DNA of 64,000 nt, from assembly GCA_000708835.1 (NCBI GenBank), contig DF237230.1:1-64000 (forward strand), in the 5' to 3' direction. A program made the translations under genes and the position numbers. Under the pieces are notes generated by a model that saw only the letters and a program-made list of their open reading frames with translations, was not told the origin of the DNA and searched no databases. How positions within the stretch are numbered: position 1 is the stretch's first letter; each line of letters opens with the position of its first letter. Shown one piece after another: positions 13,401 through 24,768 of this stretch. The DNA comes from Klebsormidium nitens (lineage: Eukaryota; Plantae; Klebsormidiophyceae).

Positions 13401-14847
13401 CTCGCTGGGTAAACAACAATCGAACGTTTACTTAGCCTTACTCTCCTAAGTGATTGGGAAGTTAGGCGGATGGCCTCTGCGCTGCAGACACAGGTGAGAG
13501 CGGGTGCTTGAATTTTCACTGATTCTAGGAACCTTGAAACCGGCCGCGTCGACGCAAGTGGGTTGACTCTCCGGTGCTTGTTTCGACCCTAGTCTGAGGA
13601 CGTTATCGTTCCTGGTCAAAGGACGAGCAGGTAGACACGCCGTGAACCCACGTGGTAAAAGGAAGCACTCCATTGGTCTGGAAATGGAACCCCGGCCTTG
13701 TCCAATGCGAGTTTAAGTTCCCGCCAGAGGCCCTCCCCTTTGCCTATCAAAAGGCAACAAGCTCGCTGCTAGACTGAGAAGCATTGTTGGAGACAAAGTT
13801 GCAGGCGCCTGAGAAAGGCGTTATGCCTTTGCCCGGTGCCTCCGCCTTCGCAGACCCGCCCCGCCACGTAACATCCAGGAAAATCGACACGTGTCGCCCC
13901 TTTTTGCTGAACGCGTCTTTCATCCTGCAGGCTCGAGCTGAGGCCCAGCTTGCGTCGCTGCTGCAACTGAAAGACGTCCCCTTGGATCGGATCCCCTCCA
14001 ATTCAGAAAGCGGTCTCTTTGCGGATAGTACCAGTGTTCTGGAGGGTCCCGTAACTCCCGTCTCGCAATACACTGGTCAAGAGGTGAGAGAAAAGCTATC
14101 TCCTTCAGAGATGATTGTCACGCCTGATTCGTCAGCAAAGTCGTGAGCGAAGCCGGTCGTTGACGCCCTCGATTCAGACGTGATCCTTCTCAGGACATCG
14201 GAACCCTTTTTGGGTCGAGAACAATCAGCACGACGGATTGGCTACCATAGTTGCAATCAGATTTCGACCAAAGCGTGCACGCTTGTTCGCTGATAGAGCA
14301 GTGATCCACGGGGCAATACAACGTCGCGACTGACTGATACTCTTCGTTCTCCAATAGTCGACGCACGAGGCCACAACGGAGGCTTTCTCGACGCCCAACT
14401 TCGGACGCGCAATGAAACATAGTGTCCGGTCAAGCACATCAGACGATTTTTGGAAGTACGCGGAGGTGCTTACCACGAATGCAACTTTCTGCAATTTATC
14501 TAACCATTGCTATTTTTGACTCCCAGCCGTCAACGCCTGCGGGCCTTATAGCGAGGCTTTCCCGCCGCCCAAGTTCGGACGCGCCGGACGCGGGCGAGGA
14601 TTCGGACGACGACAGCTTCCAAAGACGCCACGTGCCCTCGGTGGTGCTCCTGAGACGAGTGGGCACTCTACGCCACGAAAGGCAGAGAATAGACGGGAGT
14701 CTGAAAAAGGCGGAGAAAGCGCTGCAGGAAGCCGTTCGGATAGAAAACAAGCGGCTAGCGATCGAGAGGAACGGGGGAGTCGCGAGCGGGGGTCGGGCGA
14801 CGCACATGCGGCGGGCGAGCTGGGCCGCGTCTCCGGTGCCTTCTTAG
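4492..14847 (+). CDS. TBC-domain Rab GTPase-activating protein (EVI5/RabGAP1-like), 14 exons
   Basis: Frame-consistent exons: 4492-4651, 5183-5252, 5894-5984, 6700-7238, 7894-8017, 8479-8580, 9019-9080, 9242-9347, 10108-10350, 11249-11386, 12061-12232, 12880-13022, 13931-14083, 14527-14847. TBC motifs: GELPPAKRGAAWLAL, IKRDINRTF (IxxDxxR arginine finger), DPEVGYCQGM (YxQ glutamine finger), MYAAPWFLTAF, LVFRVLDVIL. A helical/coiled-coil tail follows. Confidence 0.9.
8793..8808 (+). repeat. Two interstitial CCCTAAAA (TTTTAGGG-type telomere-like) units in a TBC intron
   Basis: ccctaaaaccctaaaa is visible directly. Only two units, so chance cannot be excluded. Confidence 0.3.
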
Positions 14848-16711
14848 CTTCTTAAGGGGAGAAAGTAAGCGAGTGTATCGCCGTCGTCTTAAACATGGAT
14901 GTGCTCTGTCCGCCGCGCACTGCCAACGGTCCTGAGTTCGTGCATGAGCAACTTTCACAATAGCTGCTGCCTTGTATACGGTTCTACGCAAATCTGGCAA
15001 GGCAATGATGAGCACCATCCCGGGCCTCACATTAAGTGAATGCGCAGTGGCGTGCCTGTGAGAACTTCGGAAGTATTCCTTGGTCATAACCACGCATGAC
15101 AGTCACGGTCCGACTTATGTATACTGGCATGCCATACATAAACCGACGCATGTTTCCCCATCAGTTCACCATATGATGTAGCCGGCATGCACGCCATTTC
15201 ACACTGCATCTGCAGGCTCGCTACAATCCATTCAATCGTCCTTCCTAATTTAATCTGAGCTAGAGCGGAAACAACGGCCGCTTGAAACCGTACGGTCCCA
15301 CTGATCAAAGCATTCAACGATTGAGCCTTGGTTTGAGTTGGAATTAATCAGCATGCCACATGGGCCTGTGGCTGTTGCACGTATGATGGTAATCGTACGT
15401 GACTTGTTGAACTCTTCATTACCAACCGCGCACACATGACTAGGCTGATCGGATGCGTATCATGCGATGACGTACGTACTATGGACGGTCACTCAATGAG
15501 TCTGTTATAATTTCAATGACTGTCATGTTCAAAGGCAATTTCATTCATTACGGCGACTCACTGTCAATTTGTGGATTCCAGACTTCATCAGAGATCGTTT
15601 AGATGCAGAGATTTTAATAACGTAAGATCATATCAGAACTAATAGCAGAAGAAGGACCCGTCCGCCGGGGCCCGGCCTACTTGGATTCAATTGACTAGAG
15701 AAGAGAACTGCATGGAATCAAATACGTGCACAAGTCGGAGCGCTTTTGACCACGTACCTTAACATTCTTCGTAAGTCCGATCCATTCATGATAATTCAAA
15801 GCTAGAGCCGATCGCAGCCATCATGCAGTGTGATATCCACAACAACTGATTATGTCATGACATAATGCTGCATAAGCTGCTGCTACTGAGTTAGCCTCCG
15901 CCCTGCCATGTACCGGTATGTATAATCAATGGGAGCTTGAAGTTGCAGCTAAGATTCATTACTGCTGCTGCCGAGCTGTCGGATTTGGGTAAATCTACTA
16001 TAAACTTCATGCCATGATGGGACCCGTACATTAGATATGTCAATCTGCTTTATTGATTGTGTATATTGCACGTCCATAATACCTTGTAAGTTCAGTCAAT
16101 GATTAGTGTCGCTGTGCCAGTCCGGTTGCATTGGCATACGCGGTCTTGGTGTACAGTCACCGTGCCGTAGACAGTGAGTTATAGCTACTTCTTGAGGGTG
16201 TGTTGTACCGAGTAACATTCAATGTTCATGCCCGTTAGTTGGACGTACCCCCGCGAGGTCAACAAGGCTGCATGCTTCCGATCCAGATAATGCATGCACT
16301 GAACAACTAGTGGCATCGTACACCGTTATAAGCAATTCTATACGCGCGTGCCGCCCATTGCACAAGAGTACAGACGTGCCTGCAGTACTTGTCTTTCTTT
16401 CCTGATAACCTCCACAGCTCTATACACTGGCCCAAGCAACAATGAATCTTATCGAAGCCTTGACTCTAGCTAAGATGACCGGAATCGACCTGACTCCTTT
16501 TTGACGCGCGCTATGATGCATACAATTAGTATATGAGAACTCCGCCCGGCCTGAATCCACGCGTTAAAACTAGCTAGCAACTAGCTATCCAGGACAAATC
16601 ACCGTGTCCCATTTCGCCAACCAGCAATTGAAGCAGATTACGACACATTTTTAACATTCTTGGAAATTGCTGGCTCCATCTTCCTTCGATCTGACACTCA
16701 AAACACGTCGA

Positions 16712-19700
16712 TCACTGCCAGTCGCAACTTGGACAATACAAGGGCTGTTTTGGCAACTCCTTGTACGTTCCCTTGACCATTGCCCAGTTGTTTCTGCACA
16801 CCGACCCGTCACAACGTCGGATGCATCTCGAAAGTCCGTCGGCTCAAAGACGCAAAACTTTTCTCCGGAATGGACGGAAAGCCGTCAGTCCTGGTGGAAA
16901 CTAGAGAGGGAACAGTGCCGCCCACGAGCCCCCAGTTAGCGCATCGGATGAGGCGATGACAGCGACTGCCGAGAAAACGTCCTTGCAAAGGCACAGACTC
17001 GCAGCATCCTGTCAAAAGACTTATGAATCTCGATTTTGTGTTGAGTAAGGTCTATGTTGAATTAGTTCAAGTCCCCGGGCTCAAACAAACTAAGAACTTA
17101 AAACCGAAGTTAACATGCCCTGCACCCGTACCCACCCTGAACCCCCAAAGCAACCCCACCCGTCTCCCGGGCATGATCTAAGTCAACATAAAATTGAGAC
17201 TACTGAAAGACACCACTTCCGCAGGACGAAGCTCTCACCTCACTATCCTCAGCCCGACTGAGAGGCACCAGCGGCATAGCTCGGGGTGAGTCGCGACGGG
17301 CAGGTGAAAGCTGGGCGGGGTAGTGCTCTTGTCGCGCAAAGCAGAGCTCGCGCCGCTGAAGAGAGCGATGAACGCCTCGTCGTCCTTTGCAACGGTGTGA
17401 CCCATCAGCATGAAGCCTGTGGTGTAGGCCCTGCCAAGCATAGCAAGCGAACACACACCGTTTTTTGGCGGTTAACCCTAGCCGGTTACGGACTGGTTCG
17501 AAGCTGGTCAACTGTTAATGACCAGACTCGAGCAGTGACCAGGTTTCTAACATGGCTGTTATTGGTCAAAGAAGCAGACTGGAGATTAGTTAGCGAACCT
17601 GGTTTGCAGCCGAACCCCCCTGTGACAGTATTGTGGGCCGCTTGTCGCGAACAGGAACAAGCAAAATGGTTAGGACATGGATCAGCGTAACTCGGTTTAG
17701 TAGCGTGCGCGGCCCTGCATGAATTGCGAACCAGATAAAGACAAAGGCAAAGCGAAGGAACGAAAGGAGATGTGTTTCCGAGAACAGATTTGAAAATCTT
17801 GGCATCGGGATGAGTGGAGACACAGCTTTCTGGAGAGCTCAGAAGGGGAGATGAGGCGAAAGATCGGACGCTGTCGCCTTCTGCCACCACTTGTATATCT
17901 CTGGCGGTAAATCTAAGTTACAAACTGTCTTGATCGGATCGTCCTTTCTCAACGGTTTGGCAGTGGGCTCCCCGACAGAGTCGGTAAGCATTTGCTGCGG
18001 CATTTGTGGCGCTCTGTTATGTTGCAAGATGCGGTCAGGCAATTCGCTATCGGTGTACTATAGCGAGCCCATCCACTGATGAGCCCGCGCTGTTTCCAAC
18101 AAAGGTCACTGCTCGTTGTTCTCACGGATTCGAGACCTCGAGGAAGAAGTCCTTTCAACAATCCACTTCACAGAGCACATTCTTGCGTTGACACTTTGAA
18201 TCGTTCATGTTCCGTTCAAATACACGCTTCGAAAAGAGGAGGAGGGAAAGTAACAACGGAGAAATTTGGAACAAGGAAAGCAGGGACGAGAAGAAGGTCA
18301 AACGAAGGAGGAAAGAGGCTTAACTTTGAGATGCATGCAAAGCGAGGACGAAGAAACAAACGGAATTTTCCGGACGGACAGAGAAAACCAATGAAGAGGG
18401 CGGCTATGGGCTCTCACACAACCTCCCCGTCCTTGACTGCCACAAACATCGAGAACGGCCACCCCTTGGTGTGAGCCGATAAAGTCTCGGCGATCGAAAA
18501 GCCGTTTGCGGCGGAGAAGAGTGCCGTGCATCCAGCGACGTCTCCCTCCTGGAGCGTCCGAACAGTGTAATCGTCGCACGTCGGCGCCGGATATTTGGGG
18601 AACCCCTCGAAATACGTGGCAACGAACTTGGGCTCGAAGCCGAGCTTAGCATAAAGGGAGAAGCTCTTGGCGTTGGCGACGTTCTGCGAAGCAAGAGGGA
18701 ACTGGGTGAAGTACATGGCTTCCGGCGCACTGGATCCGTTTAAATGGGTCAAGAGCCAGGACTCAGCTAGGAAGTTCGGCTGATTCTGACGAGCCGCAGT
18801 TACGGAAGCCCCTGTCAAGAGAGCCGATCAACCAGCCTGACGTGGCGCAGGGATAAAAACTCAAGAAAATTTGCAATAAGCCAAGATAATACGAAGTTCC
18901 GACTGTCACTGAAAACCCCAACCCAAACAGGAAACCGGCTCCGCACCCATACGCAGCCTAACCACCGAACTAAATCGAATCGCTAGTAGCTTGCAAAACA
19001 GCAGAACGAAACACAGAGCCCAGAACTTTCGGAGTAGGAGTCGCCAGATTGTCAAATCTGACGTACTTCTCTTCTAGCGACAGAAGTGTCAGATGTTGCA
19101 GCTGATCTGGGGCCGAGCATATTGCGTGTTGATTCCATCACCGTACCTCTGATCAATAGCATTCAGAAAAAGGTAGGATTAACCTGCTCTTCATCATCTG
19201 TGGTTCAGGTCATTCGGCAGAAGACCAGCTAACCAGAATTCTACCCAGCTTGGAAGTGACGAACGTGGTTACGTGGCAACGTGCTCACCTGCAGCAAGCG
19301 CAGCGACTTCGCCCCCTGTTTTTCCGCTCCCTCCAAGCACGCCTGGACGATTGCCTTGCCCACGCCAACATTGTCGACCTTCGTGGACACGCTGACAAGA
19401 CCCATAAACCAAGTGTTTGACTCTGCGAAGCGAGGAAGTAACAAAATCTCGGAACCACCTGCGAAACTTTGTCGAATCATCCTCTTGGATAGTTCCAGTC
19501 TGGAAACAGCCTGTGCAGCAAGGACTCAAAAGATCGGATTGATGGAAGTCCTCTTTCTTGAGTTCAGACTGCCTCTGGCCCCGCTTCAGGTGCGAGCTTG
19601 TAAGGAGAGAGACTTCTTGGCAGAGACCAGAATAGGTGTCCAGTTATCAAGAAGGCTAAAGGCTCGGGTTACTGTTGGAAAAATTCCCATGGGAGGCTAC

Positions 19701-20381
19701 CGTGGGCTGCTTGCCCGGATTCGAGACCCATCGGCATGGCAGCTCTATGGGAATTTACATCAGAGGCTAAAATTCCTCGCGCTGTCACGGTGCCTTTGCG
19801 TAGCGCCCTGACGTACGTAGCGCAGGCCAGACGTGGTTGGCCTTTCGCTGGACTATCAAAGTCCTCTACTCTGGTAAACCATTTTACAGCGCACATAATT
19901 CAACTCTAGACATGTTGCTGAGTCAGAACGAGATTGACCGATCTGTGCCGGACCGTCCGAACCATCTGACAAATCAAGTTACCGTATTCACTAGATTGAA
20001 ACAGCTTTCCAGCGTACTGCCGAGCAACTGTAGTAGCGCCAAGAAACAACAATCAGGATCAAGCTACACGTTGCTACGGGGCGCCAGGGCGCTGGTGCTA
20101 CCACTTGCGCAAGCTTCAAAGTATACACTTCTTGGTCATCTGCAGAATAACGGATCGTCGAGCTACTTCATGGCTGGTCGAGTACTTCCATTTTCCCCAA
20201 AATTTTTGGCTTAGCTGTCCTCTGGTTATCAATTAGAACTCACTGGGTGCAGAGCAAGGCTCAACCATATCCTGACCTGGGTCCCCAGCAATGAAGTTGC
20301 TCCCGATTGGTTGGCCCTCACTATCGATTGCCAACACGCAACAGGAGTGAGGACACCAATCATTGTCCCTACCGTCAACTA
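16712..20381 (-). CDS. Two-domain GNAT-family N-acetyltransferase; first exon(s) not found
   Basis: Frame-consistent minus-strand exons: 20277-20381 (5' edge tentative; VLAIDSEGQPIGSNF), 19289-19422 (GLVSVSTKVDNVGVGKAIVQACL, acetyl-CoA motif A), 18418-18683 (NAKSFSLYAKLGF, motif B), 17239-17430 (AYTTGFMLMGHTVA...ELCRWCLSVGLR), 16712-16793 (NNWAMVKGTY...LYCPSCDWQ*). No start codon was found. Confidence 0.8.
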
Positions 20382-20469
20382 CTGGACAGTTTGTACTGTA
20401 TTAAACCGCAATGTACGGGTACTGTACTTGCCGCACGGACCGTACTTTTAGCTACTACCGTAGTCAGCC

Positions 20470-20830
20470 GGTTAGTTAGTTAGGCCAGTTAGACTGGGGG
20501 AGATGGTACCCCGCAGGTCACGCGGGTGACGGTCAGGCGGTTAGTTAGTTAGGGCGGTCAGGACGGGGAGGATAGAAGGACCGGTCAGGCAGTTAGTTAG
20601 TTAGGGCGGTCAGGATGGTGAGGGCAAGGGGACAGTTAGGCGGTTAGTCAGTTAGGGCGGTCAGGATGGGGAGGGTAAGGGGAACAGTTAGGCGGTTAGT
20701 CAGTTAGGGCGGTCAGGACGGGGGAAGGCGAGGGGGACAGTTAGGCGATTAGTTAGTTAGGGCGGTCAGGATGGAAGGTGGAAGAGGGGACAGCCTACGG
20801 GTAGTCAGTCAGCCTAGTACCCCGGAAGGG
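20470..20830 (+). repeat. ~52-bp G-rich tandem repeat (5 clear units plus decayed flanks)
   Basis: The core gttagttagggcggtcagga recurs, with agggcgg at 20551, 20603, 20654, 20706 and 20759 (periods 51-53). Confidence 0.9.
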
Positions 20831-20901
20831 AGGGGGTACTATACTAGATAGATCGAATGTACAGTGTAAGTGTACAGAATGTCCACCATTTCCCTTGTGG
20901 A

Positions 20902-23900
20902 CTAAATTATCGAGTCCAGTATCGGCGCGTCTGTTGCCTGCGCCAAGTAGAGGGCCCTGAGGTTCGCCCCACCGTCGCCTGCAATGTAACCAGGGTCGTG
21001 AGCATACACGATGCGCTCGAGTGTAGACCAGTTGAAAACACGTTGTACCTTCGCTGAACTACCATCTCGAAAGTAAAATGCGTTTTCCACGAAGTTCCCT
21101 GACTCCAGTGTATGTAAGACGCGACGATACCAGTGAATCCCAGCCGGCAATTTGCGCCAAGTCGTCGCGTTGGCAACAGCGCGGCCTTCCCTGTTCACAG
21201 TGTATCCGCCCCAAGCATGTGTATTCTGCCAGACCCGTGAGTTACAGAAGTACAGACCAGGAGTTTCATTTTGTTCATCCCATCTGTTAGGGATGCCATT
21301 CAGCACAACTTTCTGTCCGACCTGAGTGCGTTGGGTGTTTGGTGCCTTGCTACCCCGTAGCTCAGATACCACAGCCTTTTGAACCACACCTGGACTCCCT
21401 CGTGCCTCAGCTCGTGCCTCAGCACGCTGCTGACGACCGTTCTTCACACTTTTGGACTGACCTGGCGGAGTCTCAACGGCCTGGGTCCGAGTCTCACCTA
21501 GTGCTGAAGAACCTGGTAACTCCGGCTGCACGCGCTGGTCCCCTCCAGTCGTGACAGCAGGGTTCCGCAGTGGGGCCGCCTTGGGTGTCGTGGACCCAGG
21601 TGGCGTCACTGGAGTCGTAACTAGGGCCGGTACTGTCGCTGCTGCTGGCCCAGGCACGCGTGGTGGCTGGGGCGCTGCGACGGCCCTTGGAATGGCGGCT
21701 GCAAGCAGTCCGCCTGCTCGAATGAAGACTCGTCCCTGCTTGAACACTTGCGCCAGGTTGGTCAAGGTTGACCTCGCCAAGTCGTCTCGGCCCCGCGCTG
21801 GTTCGACTGCTCTCTTCTCGCGTTCTGCCACCAAGCGCCGCGCGCTGGCCAGTGCAAAATCTGCAGGAGGCACAAAGATGTCGCGCATGGTCAGGAATCC
21901 GGCCATCTTACAGTTGCGCAGGGCCCAGGCCAAGTGTTTCCACAACCAAGATTGTGACCACCGGTCCGCCTGGTCCAAAATCACCTGGAGATTGACCAAT
22001 CCGTGACCCAAGTAACGCAACTCAGTGCCAATTCCGTTTACATTCCCCCTAACAAGGTACTCAGACCGCCACTGCAACCACCACCAGAACTCAGCAAGCA
22101 GCATGCACGCCGTACTGGTTGGGCCGCTTAGTGTCTTTGTCCCGTCAATCAGGCCGTGGGCAAGCTCCAACACGTACTGCATCAAAGCCAACCCGTGCTC
22201 AATCTCAAGTGCTGTGTGCTCAGCAGTTCCAACAACCTCAGCTGGCGCTAGGTTCAGGGGCAAGAGAGACAATTCACTGAGCTCTTTTAACAGGAACAGC
22301 AGACGTAACCCCAGCGCTTTGTACTGGCCAGGCGTCAGCAGGTCACCCGTTCGCAAAAGCAGACTCCCTGTCTCAATGCTGGGATCAAGCAGTGCGCTGC
22401 GGACTGCGCGCGCCTGTTTGTCCTGGGCACTGTCAGTGCAACTCGATTCCAGCTCTCCCCAAGTGGGGTAACTCTCACGGCCTAGGAGCCGCCTAGTTCT
22501 GAAAGCCACACCGTCCATACCTGGTCTTGGGCCCCCGGAGAACATTCCCCGGACAACCCCAGGCAGAAAACCCTGTTCTGAATTATCCCCAAGCGCTCGC
22601 ACAGCATCTCGGACATCATCAGTTACTGGGCCTCCTAGCAGCGCCTGCACCTCAACCGTGTGGTAGCTGGCACGTACTGCTGGTGGCCAAGCCTCAGGGG
22701 CAATATCCCTGTATTCCACCGACAACTCACCTCCCTCAATAATGATCGGCGGCTCTGCAAACGGATCCACCGTTCCAGGCCGGCCTTGACGTCCCCCCAG
22801 TTCCATGTCCGCCGCCACGCCTCCCTCCAACTCTGCATGAGCAGAAGGACCGGTTAGTGACGTGTCAGGCACTTTACCAAGGGTGTCTGACCCTAATTGG
22901 GCCTCACTGTCCGACCTGTCGCTGGTCAAACCGTCCCTGCTGGCAGCATTTCGGTACCCGTACAAGGGTTTTTGAACACCAAACAGGTCGGTCACAAAGT
23001 TTTCACCCGGAATCTCATCCTCAGAAACCGGACTCTGCACCACTTGCGACGTCGGCAGCTCATAATCAGCTTTTCCCTGGTACCTGGGATCCGTTTCGGC
23101 AAGCTCCTCAAACGACTGAGGCAACTCGCTGTCTCCACCTGCGCCAGGCGCCTTTTCAAGCGCCTTTGGCAGCCCTGCGGTCTCGCTCTCACCTTGATCA
23201 GCCAAAACCGGAAACGGATCGTACTCCAGGTCCTTCCCCCCTCTGAGACGCTCAGTGGAAGTGGCGTCATAGGGCAGGAAGCTCAGCGGCATGTTGCCTT
23301 GGACGCCCTTCAGCTGCTGCGTCTCAGACGACCGCCGTTTCTTCTCCGTACCTGCAGCAAGAGCAGGAACAAGGGGTTCGTTTAGCTCAACGACCACACC
23401 CGTGTAGGCGTCAGTAGGACCGTCCCACCCAGACTGTTTTGCCTGCCAATCCTCATAGGCTGCCTGCTTGTCTGCTGCGGACATGCTCGCAAAGTTAGCC
23501 TCCGTAGCTTTCTTTGCTGACCGCGCATGCTTGACCTGCGGCTTCTCCTTAGCAAAGTTTGGCGCCAGTTCTGGATGCAGTGCCCAGCATTGCTCGTTCG
23601 AGTGGGTGTTAAGGTTGTGGTGCGAGCACCACGGCTTCCCCTTCTCCCTCTTTGACATCTCGCCGCCAGATTGCCGCTTCGTGCAGTCCCTTGAAATGTG
23701 GCCTGTCTCGCCACATGTGTAACACGTCTTATCCGCGTCAGGCTTGTTGTTAGCCGTCGGATTGGCAAAACGTGCAACAGAGGTGAAGTCCTGGCTTGGC
23801 GGGCTTGGGCTTTCCCCGCGGCGGATGGGGACAAGCGTTCTGCAAGTGGTTAGGGTCGCCGCAGTTATCACACGCTTTGCCAGTCTTAGCGGACCCACCA

Positions 23901-24768
23901 CCAGAAGCACTGTTGCCAGATTTGTTGCTGTGTCAGAGTGACTGGATTTGCCTGTCCAGAGTTCCTTTTCACTGCGACCGCGTTCAATCTGGAGCGCTAT
24001 GTTGGACACTTGGTCAACCGTCCACAGGTTCGGATCCAAATGTAGGTGATTCAAGTGACTCTCGACTTCGCTGGCCATGTGCTTGGCCTTGAGACAGTCT
24101 AGCAACTTGAATACGCTTTTCTGCTCGGGTTGGTTGAGAATGACCATGAGGAACTTCATTCTCTGAAACATGTTCGCCAGCGACTCCCCCTTGTTCTGCG
24201 TGAACAGGTTGTACTCGCTTATCTTGGCGCTCGAACGTTCAGGATACAACTCCTCAAGCATCGCCCGGAACCTTTCCATCGGCTGAAAGTACAGCTTCTC
24301 AAAAGCAGGTGCCACTGGCCGTACAGGCCGCACTGTGTCACCACGCTCAGTCTCAGATTTACCATCCCACAACTCATATTCAAGTTGCCAGGCCCTGGTA
24401 CGCGTCGTAAATTGGGCCCGCGCTGGCGCATTTGCAGCCAACAGCTCCACCTCCATTGTACTCTCCAAGTGGAACGCCCGTTCTCGTGCCCCTCCTCCCA
24501 GCAGTCCAACTGCAAGGTGGAACCGGTCATTGTCATCCAACAGCTCTTCTGACTGTGGCTTGAGTTTCAATTCTACCTCCTTGGCCTGTCCAGGCCTGGC
24601 GGAGACTTTGCAAACTCGGACCTGCAGGGTCACCAGTAAAGACCACCCCCCCGGGACGGAAAGTACTGTCCATGTCGTCAAGTCCTTCAAAGAACAGACT
24701 TTGGAACGGACCGAGCGACTCTTCTCTAGAACCGTGGCTGCTTTGATCGACTTCGATTCGACCCTCAC
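20902..24768 (-). CDS. Gag-like polyprotein: retrotransposon gag core, two Zn knuckles and a long uncharacterised C-terminal extension
   Basis: 1288-codon open frame (first ATG at ~24456). Gag-like segment FRAMLEELYP...YNLFTQNKGESLANMFQRM, CCHC knuckle CYTCGETGHISRDC, second knuckle WCSHHNLNTHSNEQCWALHP. No D[ST]G, YxDD or DDE motifs noticed. Confidence 0.85.
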   Translation of the reverse strand: MRVESKSIKAATVLEKSRSVRSKVCSLKDLTTWTVLSVPGGWSLLVTLQVRVCKVSARPGQAKEVELKLKPQSEELLDDNDRFHLAVGLLGGGARERAFHLESTMEVELLAANAPARAQFTTRTRAWQLEYELWDGKSETERGDTVRPVRPVAPAFEKLYFQPMERFRAMLEELYPERSSAKISEYNLFTQNKGESLANMFQRMKFLMVILNQPEQKSVFKLLDCLKAKHMASEVESHLNHLHLDPNLWTVDQVSNIALQIERGRSEKELWTGKSSHSDTATNLATVLLVVGPLRLAKRVITAATLTTCRTLVPIRRGESPSPPSQDFTSVARFANPTANNKPDADKTCYTCGETGHISRDCTKRQSGGEMSKREKGKPWCSHHNLNTHSNEQCWALHPELAPNFAKEKPQVKHARSAKKATEANFASMSAADKQAAYEDWQAKQSGWDGPTDAYTGVVVELNEPLVPALAAGTEKKRRSSETQQLKGVQGNMPLSFLPYDATSTERLRGGKDLEYDPFPVLADQGESETAGLPKALEKAPGAGGDSELPQSFEELAETDPRYQGKADYELPTSQVVQSPVSEDEIPGENFVTDLFGVQKPLYGYRNAASRDGLTSDRSDSEAQLGSDTLGKVPDTSLTGPSAHAELEGGVAADMELGGRQGRPGTVDPFAEPPIIIEGGELSVEYRDIAPEAWPPAVRASYHTVEVQALLGGPVTDDVRDAVRALGDNSEQGFLPGVVRGMFSGGPRPGMDGVAFRTRRLLGRESYPTWGELESSCTDSAQDKQARAVRSALLDPSIETGSLLLRTGDLLTPGQYKALGLRLLFLLKELSELSLLPLNLAPAEVVGTAEHTALEIEHGLALMQYVLELAHGLIDGTKTLSGPTSTACMLLAEFWWWLQWRSEYLVRGNVNGIGTELRYLGHGLVNLQVILDQADRWSQSWLWKHLAWALRNCKMAGFLTMRDIFVPPADFALASARRLVAEREKRAVEPARGRDDLARSTLTNLAQVFKQGRVFIRAGGLLAAAIPRAVAAPQPPRVPGPAAATVPALVTTPVTPPGSTTPKAAPLRNPAVTTGGDQRVQPELPGSSALGETRTQAVETPPGQSKSVKNGRQQRAEARAEARGSPGVVQKAVVSELRGSKAPNTQRTQVGQKVVLNGIPNRWDEQNETPGLYFCNSRVWQNTHAWGGYTVNREGRAVANATTWRKLPAGIHWYRRVLHTLESGNFVENAFYFRDGSSAKVQRVFNWSTLERIVYAHDPGYIAGDGGANLRALYLAQATDAPILDSII

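Noticed and set aside
13240-13495. Additional TBC coding exons at 13240-13283 or 13455-13493
   Set aside because: One lacks a valid donor and the other has an in-frame stop after its acceptor. Both align to the end of exon 12, and exon 12 joins 13931 in phase.
15660-15700. Helitron 3' end (ccggggcccgg hairpin followed by CTAG)
   Set aside because: The stem is only 5 bp, the spacing is long, the following base is not T, and no 5' TC end was identified.
20000-20050. Possible extra GNAT exon (ARQYAGKLFQSSEY)
   Set aside because: It lies between two exons (20277 and 19422) that already join in frame with family-like sequence.
20470-20830. CRISPR-like regular repeats
   Set aside because: The inter-repeat segments resemble each other rather than being unique spacers, there are no cas genes, and the context is eukaryotic. 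It is a minisatellite.
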